A stretch of 64,000 nt of DNA. It comes from Acidobacteriota bacterium. Lineage in GTDB: Bacteria > Acidobacteriota > Blastocatellia > Pyrinomonadales > Pyrinomonadaceae. The position numbers and the translations under genes were made by a program. Positions within the stretch are counted from its first letter, which is position 1, and the number at the start of each line of letters is the position of its first letter. The stretch is from contig JADJWI010000004.1 of NCBI GenBank assembly GCA_016716435.1, positions 37,045 to 101,044 of the forward strand. Direction: 5' to 3'. Below are positions 1 through 8,475 of the stretch, piece after piece. The notes beneath the pieces were generated by a model, which saw only the letters and a program-made list of their open reading frames with translations, made no database searches and was not told the DNA's origin.

Positions 1-28
1 CGCCTCGCTGCTCTTCTCGAACGTCCTT

Positions 29-2461
29 ATGATCACCGCCGCACCCGCGGCCGGGAACGCCGAACGAAGTTTGACCAGTGCCGAATTTACCGTTGACCTT
101 ACGCAGCTTGGCCGTCAAGGAAGCCTGCGAGAGGACCTAAGCTTTGATCGCGAGGCTCTTGACCTCATCAATGCGTTAGTTGGTAAGTCCGGCCGTCAGC
201 TTCTTCTCATCGACGAATTCAACAGCGCACAGCGACCCGTTGTTGAACAGCTCGCGATCCGCATTGCAAAGGGCAGCGTACCGGCACCGCTTCAGGGCAA
301 GGCGGTCGTTGTTCTTGACGACGCGAATCTCTTCTCGAACGCCCGCTCGCAGGCTGACCTCGCACATCGGCTCACCACCGTTATAGAGGACGCCGCCGCA
401 CAGGAAGGCGAAGTCATTCTTTTCATCAACAATATCAAGGGGTTTGTTCAGGAATCATCGCTCAGGTCCGTGCTTTGGGAAGCTATTACCGAAGGTGACG
501 TCCGGCTCATCGCCGGTGCCTCTGCTTCGGTTTACGGTGAACTCATCGCCGCCCACCCGGAACTCAGCGAAGTATTTGACGTGATCGAGATCGCTTCGAT
601 CGCCGGAGCAAACGTAGCCGATGCCTCGGCCGCTTCGCCTAATGAATACCGCGGCGACAACGTCTCGGCCGACCTCCGCGACATGATCGCCTCGCAGCCC
701 GCCAACAAGCGGATCAACGCGATCATGCAGGCGAAAAACGCCAATTCACCCGTGCTTCGCGAGACGTTCGACCGACACGGGATCCTTGTTCACGACCGCA
801 TCGGAACCTCAAACACGCTCGTCGTCGAGCTTCCGATAGGTTCGCTCGAAGAGCTTTCGCGAAGCGGACTCATCAACTACATTTCGCCGGATCGCAAGAC
901 CGCACGCACGGGCCACGTGGAAGATACGATCGGCGCGACCGGCAGCCGGATTCAGCAGATCGGCGGCCAGTCGATGAACCTGACCGGTACAGGCGTTGGC
1001 ATTGCTGTTGTCGATTCAGGAATTTTCACCGGACACGCGGGTTGGCTTGATGCGAACGGCCAGTCAAGGGTCAAGGCAAATGTTGATTTTACCGGCGACG
1101 GAACCGGCGATGCCTATGGACACGGATCTCACGTAGCCGGGCTCGCCGCCGGCAATTCGGCAAAGAACAATGGCGCCTATCGCGGCGTAGCTCCGAACGC
1201 GAACATCATTAGTGTCAAGGTTCTCAACAACAACGGTGTCGGCCAGACCTCGTGGCTGCTGAACGGACTTAATTGGATCCTTCAGAACCGCACCCAGCAC
1301 AACATCCGGGTCGTTAACCTCAGCCTCGGCACGGTCGCGGTCGATACCTATACCAACGACCCGATCGGCCTCAAGGTCAAGGAACTTGTAAATAACGGCA
1401 TAGTTGTAGTTGCTGCAGCTGGTAATCTCGGCCGAGCTCCTGCCGGAGGAAAGCTCTATGGCTCGATCCACTCGCCCGGCAACAGCCCGTGGGTGATCAC
1501 GGTTGGCGCAAGCAACAGCTACGGCACCACAAATCGCAGCGACGACCGCGTTACGACCTATAGCTCACGCGGCCCGACCCGCAGCTTCTATACAAATTCG
1601 CTCGGCCAGCGCGTTTTCGATAACGTGATGAAGCCGGACCTCGTTGCCCCGGGCAACCAGTTGATCTCGTATCGGGCACCGAACAACCTGCGCTCCACCT
1701 CAGCCCCTGAACTCGATGTTCCTCTTGCCTCAGGTGAGACTGCCGCAGACGCTCTGATGTACCAGAGCGGAACTTCGATGTCCGCCCCCATCGTCGCCGG
1801 TGCAGCAGCATTGCTGCTCCAGGCGAACCCGAACCTGACCCCCGGAATGGTTCGGATGATCCTTCAATATACCGCTCAGCCGCTGGCCGGTTCGGATATG
1901 TTCGAGCAAGGAGCAGGACAGCTCAACCTTGACGGTGCCTTGGCTCTTGTCGGCGGTTTCCGTGGCGATCTCAATTATTCATCGGGAGTCGGCCGCGCTT
2001 CATGGATGATGGTCTCCGGATGGTCGATGCCTGCAACATCCTCGACCATCGGCGGAAACACCTTCCCGTGGTCGCAGGTGATGACAACGAGCCATTCCTT
2101 CATTACGGGTTCAAATCTCGTAACGCGGTTCCAGGTCGTTTACCGGCCGGCCTTTACGCCCGATAGTGGCATCGCGAACTCACTTGGCTTGTTCACCCTA
2201 AATACGACCTCGTATTACTCGGGAGGACTTTCGCTCAATACTAACGTGATGACCAGCAACGGCGGAGCTTCAGGTTCAGGAACAGTCCTGATGCCTTCCG
2301 GCGTGCTTGTCGGAGACGGAGTGCTGGTCGGCGACGGCGTTCTCATCGGCGACGGCGTTTTGATCGGAGATGGTGTCCTCATCGGAGATGGTGTTCTTAT
2401 CGGAGACGGTGTTCTTATCGGCGACCGTACGCCGAGAATGGAGCCTGTGCTTACTTTCTAA
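29..2461 (+). CDS. Subtilisin-like (S8) serine protease fused to an N-terminal degenerate Clp/Hsp100 AAA+ D1-like module, an I9-type propeptide and C-terminal hexapeptide repeats; possibly 5'-truncated by the window edge
   Basis: 810-aa ORF. Catalytic triad contexts are VVDSGI, HGSHVAGL and GTSMSAPIVAG. Residues ~20-190 read like ClpB D1 (FTVDLTQLGRQG..., EVILFI...), but the Walker A position is DEFNSAQR and Walker B is ILFINNIK. The same frame has no stop between nt 2 and the ATG at 29. Confidence 0.8.
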   Translation: MITAAPAAGNAERSLTSAEFTVDLTQLGRQGSLREDLSFDREALDLINALVGKSGRQLLLIDEFNSAQRPVVEQLAIRIAKGSVPAPLQGKAVVVLDDANLFSNARSQADLAHRLTTVIEDAAAQEGEVILFINNIKGFVQESSLRSVLWEAITEGDVRLIAGASASVYGELIAAHPELSEVFDVIEIASIAGANVADASAASPNEYRGDNVSADLRDMIASQPANKRINAIMQAKNANSPVLRETFDRHGILVHDRIGTSNTLVVELPIGSLEELSRSGLINYISPDRKTARTGHVEDTIGATGSRIQQIGGQSMNLTGTGVGIAVVDSGIFTGHAGWLDANGQSRVKANVDFTGDGTGDAYGHGSHVAGLAAGNSAKNNGAYRGVAPNANIISVKVLNNNGVGQTSWLLNGLNWILQNRTQHNIRVVNLSLGTVAVDTYTNDPIGLKVKELVNNGIVVVAAAGNLGRAPAGGKLYGSIHSPGNSPWVITVGASNSYGTTNRSDDRVTTYSSRGPTRSFYTNSLGQRVFDNVMKPDLVAPGNQLISYRAPNNLRSTSAPELDVPLASGETAADALMYQSGTSMSAPIVAGAAALLLQANPNLTPGMVRMILQYTAQPLAGSDMFEQGAGQLNLDGALALVGGFRGDLNYSSGVGRASWMMVSGWSMPATSSTIGGNTFPWSQVMTTSHSFITGSNLVTRFQVVYRPAFTPDSGIANSLGLFTLNTTSYYSGGLSLNTNVMTSNGGASGSGTVLMPSGVLVGDGVLVGDGVLIGDGVLIGDGVLIGDGVLIGDGVLIGDRTPRMEPVLTF
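2300..2425 (+). repeat. Seven tandem 18-bp units encoding (GVL[VI]GD)7 at the protease C-terminus
   Basis: Direct reading: ggcgtgcttgtcggagac-type units repeat 7 times with synonymous variation. Confidence 0.9.
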
Positions 2462-2505
2462 GAATACCTGAGACCGAGAATACCTTTAGGAGGAGGATCA
2501 CCGTC

Positions 2506-3414
2506 ATGCTGAACGCGTATGTTGCCGCAACGCCAGAAGTGTATCCGGACATCGAACCGGTCACAGCGAGCATTGCTTACGATCTTTCAAACCTACGATC
2601 ACTGAACGCCGAAGACCTTGAAGCGGTTACCGAGTTCCTCGCAAGGCGGCCGGTCCACACCGTCGTGATGAGCAGCTTCATTACCGACAACGGCATTGAA
2701 GGCAAATTGAATCGAGGCGTGTTCTACGGCTACTTCGACGAGAAGTGCGAGCTTGAAGGTGTCGCACTGATCGGCCATTCGACGCTGATCGAGGCCCGGT
2801 CGGATCGCTCCCTGCGGGCATTTGCCCTGAAGGCACGCCAGTCGCGAATCCCGATCAACTTGATCATGTCCGACGACGACGTAGCCGAACGGTTCTTTGA
2901 ACTCTATGCCATCGGGACAATGACCCCGCGGCTGAAATGCACCGAACTTCTGTTCCAGACGGATTTCCCGTTTCCGGTGCAGCGATGCGACTGGCATATC
3001 CGCGAGGCTCGGCTTGAGGATCTGGACCAGATCGCGAGGGCACAGGCAGAGGTCGCCTTTATCGAATCCGGCATCGACCCGATGAGCCGCGACCGCGAAG
3101 GCTTCATGAAGCGGTGTGCACGGCGAATAGAACAAGGCCGGGTTTTCGTGGTCTTCGATGGTGACCGGCTCGTTTTCAAAGCCGACATCATCGCCGAGGC
3201 ATCGGATGTTATCTACCTCGAAGGCATTTATGTTGCTCCGGGGTACCGCGGACGGGGGATCGGTGCAACCTGTTTGGCAGAGGTTTGCCGGCGGCTTTTG
3301 GGCCGGGCGATGTATGTTTGCCTGCTGAGCAACGATGAGGCAAAACACGCCCACCGCAGCTTCGCCAACGCAGGACTCCGGAATACCGGGAAATGCACGA
3401 CATTGTTCGTGTAA
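2506..3414 (+). CDS. GNAT-family N-acetyltransferase (two-lobed, ~300 aa)
   Basis: 302-aa ORF. Acetyl-CoA motif A is YVAPGYRGRGIGATCLAEV. An RBS-like aggagga lies upstream of the ATG. Confidence 0.7.
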   Translation: MLNAYVAATPEVYPDIEPVTASIAYDLSNLRSLNAEDLEAVTEFLARRPVHTVVMSSFITDNGIEGKLNRGVFYGYFDEKCELEGVALIGHSTLIEARSDRSLRAFALKARQSRIPINLIMSDDDVAERFFELYAIGTMTPRLKCTELLFQTDFPFPVQRCDWHIREARLEDLDQIARAQAEVAFIESGIDPMSRDREGFMKRCARRIEQGRVFVVFDGDRLVFKADIIAEASDVIYLEGIYVAPGYRGRGIGATCLAEVCRRLLGRAMYVCLLSNDEAKHAHRSFANAGLRNTGKCTTLFV

Positions 3415-3531
3415 AAACTTGTTTATTTTTAGTGTGGGAATGGGTTATACTTCTCTTTGGGTCTAACCCGTCCCATCTTCCTCCCTCGCTATTTCACCCC
3501 CCGGCTCCTTTACAGAACAAGTGGTAATCTT

Positions 3532-6063
3532 ATGCCCGAGAGCTCAACCGAGCAGTTCCCCGCTTCGAACGCAATCAACTACTATGTTGGTTTGACCATC
3601 TTGGTCGGCGCCGCGGTCTTCGCCTATGCAGCCGCGACGCTCCCTGTCAATTCGCTGGACACCCGGTTTCTTATACTCGCCGGTTGCACGATACTGCTCG
3701 CCTCGCGAGTACTGATCCGCATCCCAACGATCAAATCGCACATAGCCGTCTCTGACATCTTCGTTTATCTGACGTTACTAATGTTTGGCGGTGAGGCGGC
3801 GATCCTGCTTTCGGCTGTCGATACTTTCTTTTCGGCCTGGCGATTCTGCAAAAAATACCGGACGATTCTTTTCAACACCGCGGCCCTCACAATCTCGACT
3901 GCCGCAGTCTATGGCGTCTTGGTCATCTCCGGGCTTTATTCGGAACCGCAGCTCCACGGACAGGCACCGTATTTCCGCGATTTTCTCCTGGCGCTTTCGC
4001 TGATGGCCTTGACGCAGTTTGCCGTCAATACCGTCCTCGCTTCACTCTACGATTCGATCAATCAAGGTGCCCCGCTGCTTGAGACCTGGACATCCAGATA
4101 CCTCTGGAGCTTTATAACTTATCTGGTCGGCGCCGCCGGGGCGGGCCTTCTGGTGCAGTTGGTCGATTACGCAGGCTTCGTCGTTGCCCTCCTCGCATTC
4201 CCTATATTGCTCTTCATTTACTTTTCGTATCGTATGTACATGCGGAACGTCGAGATGAGTGCCGAACAAGCCGAAAAGGCGCAAGAGTATGCCAAGATGA
4301 TCGAAGAGCGCTCTGAAGCCCTTACCGAATCCGAAGAGCGGTTTCGTAGTGCTTTCGATAATGCTCCGATCGGCATCGCACTGGTCAAACCAGGCGGCAA
4401 ATTGCTCAAGGTGAACACGGCTCTCTGCGATATGCTTGGCTATCCGAATGACGAACTGCGCGAACTTTCTGTCCGTCACATCTTTTTCAAGGAAGACCTT
4501 CCAAATGTCTTTTTCCGCGTTGGCGAAGTCGCCTCGGGCACTGTCGCATCGCATCAGATGGAACAGCGTTGCCGAAATCGAAACAATGAGGCGGTTTGGA
4601 CGCTTTGGAGTATGTCGCTCGCTGCAGCGGATGTCTCAAAGGGCCGCGAAATAATATTTCAGATGCAGGACATAACTGCCCGCAAGATCGCAGAAGAAAA
4701 GCTTGTGCACGAGGCGACGCACGATCTGCTGACCGGCCTCCCGAACAGAAACTGTTTTCAACAGAAACTCACCGAGGCCCTCGAACGCTCGCATAGGGAA
4801 AAGAACCACCGCACCAGTGTCCTTTTTATCGATCTCGACCGCTTCAAGTACGTCAATGACAGCCTCGGGCACATGGTCGGCGATCAGCTCCTGATCAGTA
4901 TCTCGAACCGGTTAAAGAATTCGATCCGTCCACACGATCTCGTCGCCAGGCTCGGCGGCGACGAGTTTACCGTCTTGGTCGAAGGAACCTACGACGACGT
5001 TGAGATCGCCGGCATGGCCGAGCGAATCCAGCGAAACCTGGCCAATCCCTTCAACCTACGCGGACACATAGTTTACAGCTCGGCGAGCATCGGTATCCTT
5101 CATGCATCGGAGCGGCACGAGCGGGCCGAGGACATGATGCGCGATGCCGACACCGCAATGTACCACGCGAAGCGGTCAGGAAAGGCGAGATACGAGATCT
5201 TTGATGACTCAATGCACGCGGAAGCCAGCGAAACACTTCGGCTCGAGACCGATCTGCGGCAAGCGATAAAGGAAGGAAAGATCGAGGTCTGCTTCCAGCC
5301 GCTCTTCTCGCTGACTGACCGCGAGTTGACCGGCTTTGAAGCCCTTGCCCGCTGGCATCATCCGGAACTTGGCGAGATTTCGCCGGGCCGTTTCATTCCG
5401 CTTGCCGAGGAGATCGGCTGGATAGATACGCTTGGCGAAAACATTCTTCGAGCCGCCTGCACCCACGTTCGCAATATACATCGCAAGTTCCCTCGCTATG
5501 CTCATACGAAGGTGAACGTAAATCTTTCGTCGCAGCAGTTTCGCAGCACGGGCCTCGTCGGCCGCATCCAGTTGATACTCTCGCAGGCCGGCTTTTCGCC
5601 CGAAAATCTTCGGCTTGAGATAACCGAGTCGGTTTTCTTTGAACACCAGGACCGTGCCATCGCGATGCTTGCCCAACTGCGCGACCTCGGAGTTGAGATA
5701 GACATTGACGATTTCGGCACCGGCTACTCAAACCTCAGTTATTTGGTGCGGCTGCCGATCTCGCGGCTGAAGATCGACAAGTCGTTTGTCCAAATGATCC
5801 GAGAGGATGGCTCGAACACCGAGATCGTCCGGACGATCATCGCCTTGGCACGCAACCTCGATCTGGGCCTGGTTGCCGAAGGCATAGAGCACGAATATCA
5901 GATATCGGCTCTGCGGACACTCGGCTGCGACTCCGGCCAGGGTTACCTTTTTAGCGCGCCGCTACGGCCTGACAAGCTCGAGGAGTTTGTCGCCGATTGC
6001 GACCGCGGTCTCATCGGCAGTACCGACGTGCCGGAATACGCACACATCCTTACCGTCCAATAG
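3532..6063 (+). CDS. Membrane sensor with PAS, GGDEF and EAL domains (c-di-GMP turnover)
   Basis: Multiple hydrophobic helices in the first ~270 aa. Motifs RLGGDEFTVLV, FEALARW and DDFGTGYS are present. The first ATG at 3532 lies inside the ORF that opens at 3457. Confidence 0.9.
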   Translation: MPESSTEQFPASNAINYYVGLTILVGAAVFAYAAATLPVNSLDTRFLILAGCTILLASRVLIRIPTIKSHIAVSDIFVYLTLLMFGGEAAILLSAVDTFFSAWRFCKKYRTILFNTAALTISTAAVYGVLVISGLYSEPQLHGQAPYFRDFLLALSLMALTQFAVNTVLASLYDSINQGAPLLETWTSRYLWSFITYLVGAAGAGLLVQLVDYAGFVVALLAFPILLFIYFSYRMYMRNVEMSAEQAEKAQEYAKMIEERSEALTESEERFRSAFDNAPIGIALVKPGGKLLKVNTALCDMLGYPNDELRELSVRHIFFKEDLPNVFFRVGEVASGTVASHQMEQRCRNRNNEAVWTLWSMSLAAADVSKGREIIFQMQDITARKIAEEKLVHEATHDLLTGLPNRNCFQQKLTEALERSHREKNHRTSVLFIDLDRFKYVNDSLGHMVGDQLLISISNRLKNSIRPHDLVARLGGDEFTVLVEGTYDDVEIAGMAERIQRNLANPFNLRGHIVYSSASIGILHASERHERAEDMMRDADTAMYHAKRSGKARYEIFDDSMHAEASETLRLETDLRQAIKEGKIEVCFQPLFSLTDRELTGFEALARWHHPELGEISPGRFIPLAEEIGWIDTLGENILRAACTHVRNIHRKFPRYAHTKVNVNLSSQQFRSTGLVGRIQLILSQAGFSPENLRLEITESVFFEHQDRAIAMLAQLRDLGVEIDIDDFGTGYSNLSYLVRLPISRLKIDKSFVQMIREDGSNTEIVRTIIALARNLDLGLVAEGIEHEYQISALRTLGCDSGQGYLFSAPLRPDKLEEFVADCDRGLIGSTDVPEYAHILTVQ

Positions 6064-6088
6064 AAAACGGCCGCATCGGCAGCGGCCG
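6064..6088 (-). terminator. Intrinsic terminator candidate downstream of sdhB
   Basis: Stem cggccgc (6068-6074) pairs with gcggccg (6082-6088). On the minus strand it is followed by a TTTT run (plus-strand aaaa at 6064-6067). It lies between convergent genes. Confidence 0.5.
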
Positions 6089-6112
6089 CTGAGTCCTAAA
6101 ATTACCCTAAGC

Positions 6113-6913
6113 TTACTTCTTTAGCCAGCCAAAAAGCGCGTTGACAGTGATGTCGCGGTTCGTTTCGTAGATCGCCTTTGTCAGAGGCACAGACATCGGG
6201 CAGACCTGAACGCAATTCTGCGCATTGCCGCAATTGGTGATGCCATCTTCGCCCATCAGCCCATTGAGCCGTTCATCAATATCGGTCTTGCCGACGGGAT
6301 GCATATTGAACAGCCGAGCCTGAGCGATCGCCTGTGGGCCGATGTAATTGTCGTCGCCGTACTGCGGGCACGCCTCAAGACAGCAGCCGCACGTCATGCA
6401 CCGCGAGAGAGCGTAACGCTCCTGTGCGACCTCGTTCGAGATCGCGGGCCCCGGCCCGAGGCTATGGCTGCCATCGAGTTCGACCCAAGCGTGGACCTGT
6501 TTCAAGTGATCAAACATCTTCGTCCGGTCAACCTTAAGGTCGCGGACATTTGGGAACTTCGACATCGGCTGAAGCGTCACCGTGTCCGAGCCCGAAGCAA
6601 GCAACAGATCATCGATCAGCGCCGAACACGATTGCCGCACCGTCCCGTCGATCACCATCGTACAGATGCCGCAGACCTGCTCAAGACAGCTCATGTCCCA
6701 AACCGGCGGCGTTGTCGCTTTGCCCTCTATGGTTACCGGCTCTTTGCGCACGTCCATCAATGCCGAGATGACGTTCAGGTTTCGCCGATACGGCAGCTCA
6801 AACGTGTCCCAGCTCACCGGTGCGCCCTCTTTCTCACGCCGCTGTATCTTCAGCTTGAACTTCGCCGGCGGCGTCTCCAGCCGCTTTTTTTCTATATGGT
6901 TGCTTTCACTCAT
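6113..6913 (-). CDS. sdhB: Succinate dehydrogenase / fumarate reductase iron-sulfur subunit
   Basis: Cys clusters CGICTM, CMTCGCCLEACP and CGNAQNCVQVCP, in the same operon context as sdhA and sdhC. Confidence 0.9.
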   Translation of the reverse strand: MSESNHIEKKRLETPPAKFKLKIQRREKEGAPVSWDTFELPYRRNLNVISALMDVRKEPVTIEGKATTPPVWDMSCLEQVCGICTMVIDGTVRQSCSALIDDLLLASGSDTVTLQPMSKFPNVRDLKVDRTKMFDHLKQVHAWVELDGSHSLGPGPAISNEVAQERYALSRCMTCGCCLEACPQYGDDNYIGPQAIAQARLFNMHPVGKTDIDERLNGLMGEDGITNCGNAQNCVQVCPMSVPLTKAIYETNRDITVNALFGWLKK

Positions 6914-7031
6914 TTTCTGCTTTTTTCACCGTGTTGTAACGAACGGAATGACAACCAAAGCTCTCTGGTCCGTGATCAAAAATCGACAGCACGACCCATG
7001 CCCTTTGCTTACACTCTCATTCAGCTATACT

Positions 7032-8450
7032 CTACCGGACGAGTTCCCAAATATAGCCCATGTCGACTTTGGGATCATCAGTTGAAATACCGCCTGTAAT
7101 CAAGTATCTGCCATCGTGACTAAACTGCATCGGCATGCTGGAATTAGCCAGAGTCTGAAGTCGTTCTCCTTTGATATTCCAAACTGATATCCTGGTCTTG
7201 ATACCTTCAGTCACCGCAATCATCGAGTCATCGGCACTCCATTTGATAAAAGATGCTGATTTCTCCCCCGTTCGTCGAGGAACACTCGCCAAAAGCTTGC
7301 CCGTATCGGTTTCCCATAGATGAAAGAGTACGGAATTATCATTCTTAGGTTTAGTTAAGAGCATCTCTGAAGTATTTCCTATAGACGTCTCGCCGGATGA
7401 AGAATCAGGAAAGTCAAAAAGGAATTTGCCGGAAGTTGAGTCATAACCGCCGATACCTTTACCGTCTTTGGCCTGAATTAGAACTTTCGTTCCTGCCCTA
7501 TTCCATCCGACTACAATGCCTTTGGACTTCTTGGATCCGATAGAAGTAACTAATTCCAGTCCTTCCGTCTTGAAAACTCTCGTAACTCCCTCATCGTCCG
7601 AAATCGCTAGGTAGCTGTCGTCCCAACTGAATCGGCAAGCTACAATTTTTTTCTTAAACGCGACTTCCTTTTCGAGTGCGCCGGATCCCAAATTCCACAG
7701 CGAAACTTTCTTCAAAGTCGGAACAGCCACAAGCATAAATTTTTCGAAATTGCTTATAATGCTGTGTGAACTCGGACCAATAAGAAGAAATCGGGAATCC
7801 GACTTATCTGACCGCCTTGATGCGCTTTCACCTTCGTTTCTGTCAGTTTTGTCTGAAACGTTGTCGGCGAGAATGGTTTGCCAGTCAGCGTTAAGATAAA
7901 CGCTTTCCATTTCTGGATTGGCCGGCGGCGAGATTCCACCCCTTTGGTGGACAATACCGCCGGTCAGAAAAATAAGGAATCTTCCGAAGTTACTTACCCC
8001 CTTCACCTTTTTTACGACGGAGCCGTTCGAGAGGTCAAAAATGGAATGAGAAAGATCGCGAGCATGATGGCCAACCGCATACTCGCCGTCAGGACTAAAC
8101 GAAAACCCGGCTAACGAACGCCCCGAGAGTCGGCTCTGAATTTTGCCTGTCTCGATATTGTAAACAATGATTTCTTTCGCATTGCCGTTGATCGCAGCGA
8201 ACTTTCCATCTTGGCTAAAACGGGCTAAACCTAATCGCCCCTTCCATACCGAAATGTCACGAAAGTCAGGCAGCTCATGCTTCACAACAAACGGTCCGTC
8301 TTGCTGTCCAAAAATAGATACATGAAGGCAACTACGGTGATCAAGACCCACGTTAATTTTCAGATGAATCGTTTCGTCACTTTTTCTCAGCCGAACGTTG
8401 GTCTCCGGAACTTTCCGTCGATTACTACCTTGCGTCTCTCGCCTCTTCAA
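7032..8450 (-). CDS. WD40/beta-propeller-like repeat protein, AT-rich, lying between sdhA and sdhB
   Basis: 472-aa ORF with recurrent propeller-blade-like strings (FSPDGEYAV, FSWDDSYLAISDDEG, WSADDSMIAVT, FSHDGRYLITGG). No signal peptide is evident. Confidence 0.6.
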   Translation of the reverse strand: MKRRETQGSNRRKVPETNVRLRKSDETIHLKINVGLDHRSCLHVSIFGQQDGPFVVKHELPDFRDISVWKGRLGLARFSQDGKFAAINGNAKEIIVYNIETGKIQSRLSGRSLAGFSFSPDGEYAVGHHARDLSHSIFDLSNGSVVKKVKGVSNFGRFLIFLTGGIVHQRGGISPPANPEMESVYLNADWQTILADNVSDKTDRNEGESASRRSDKSDSRFLLIGPSSHSIISNFEKFMLVAVPTLKKVSLWNLGSGALEKEVAFKKKIVACRFSWDDSYLAISDDEGVTRVFKTEGLELVTSIGSKKSKGIVVGWNRAGTKVLIQAKDGKGIGGYDSTSGKFLFDFPDSSSGETSIGNTSEMLLTKPKNDNSVLFHLWETDTGKLLASVPRRTGEKSASFIKWSADDSMIAVTEGIKTRISVWNIKGERLQTLANSSMPMQFSHDGRYLITGGISTDDPKVDMGYIWELVR

Positions 8451-8475
8451 AGTCTGCTCTTTTTTAGCGTCCGGA

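Noticed and set aside
2300-2425. Regularly spaced repeats as a possible CRISPR array (also considered for 57261-57349 and 42235-42262)
   Set aside because: The units are contiguous with no spacers. They are 7-18 bp long and lie within a CDS or a short spacer. No cas genes are in the window.
2599-3354. 251-aa minus-strand ORF
   Set aside because: It is antisense to the GNAT gene, which carries the acetyl-CoA motif.
6299-7099. 266-aa plus-strand ORF
   Set aside because: It is antisense to sdhB.
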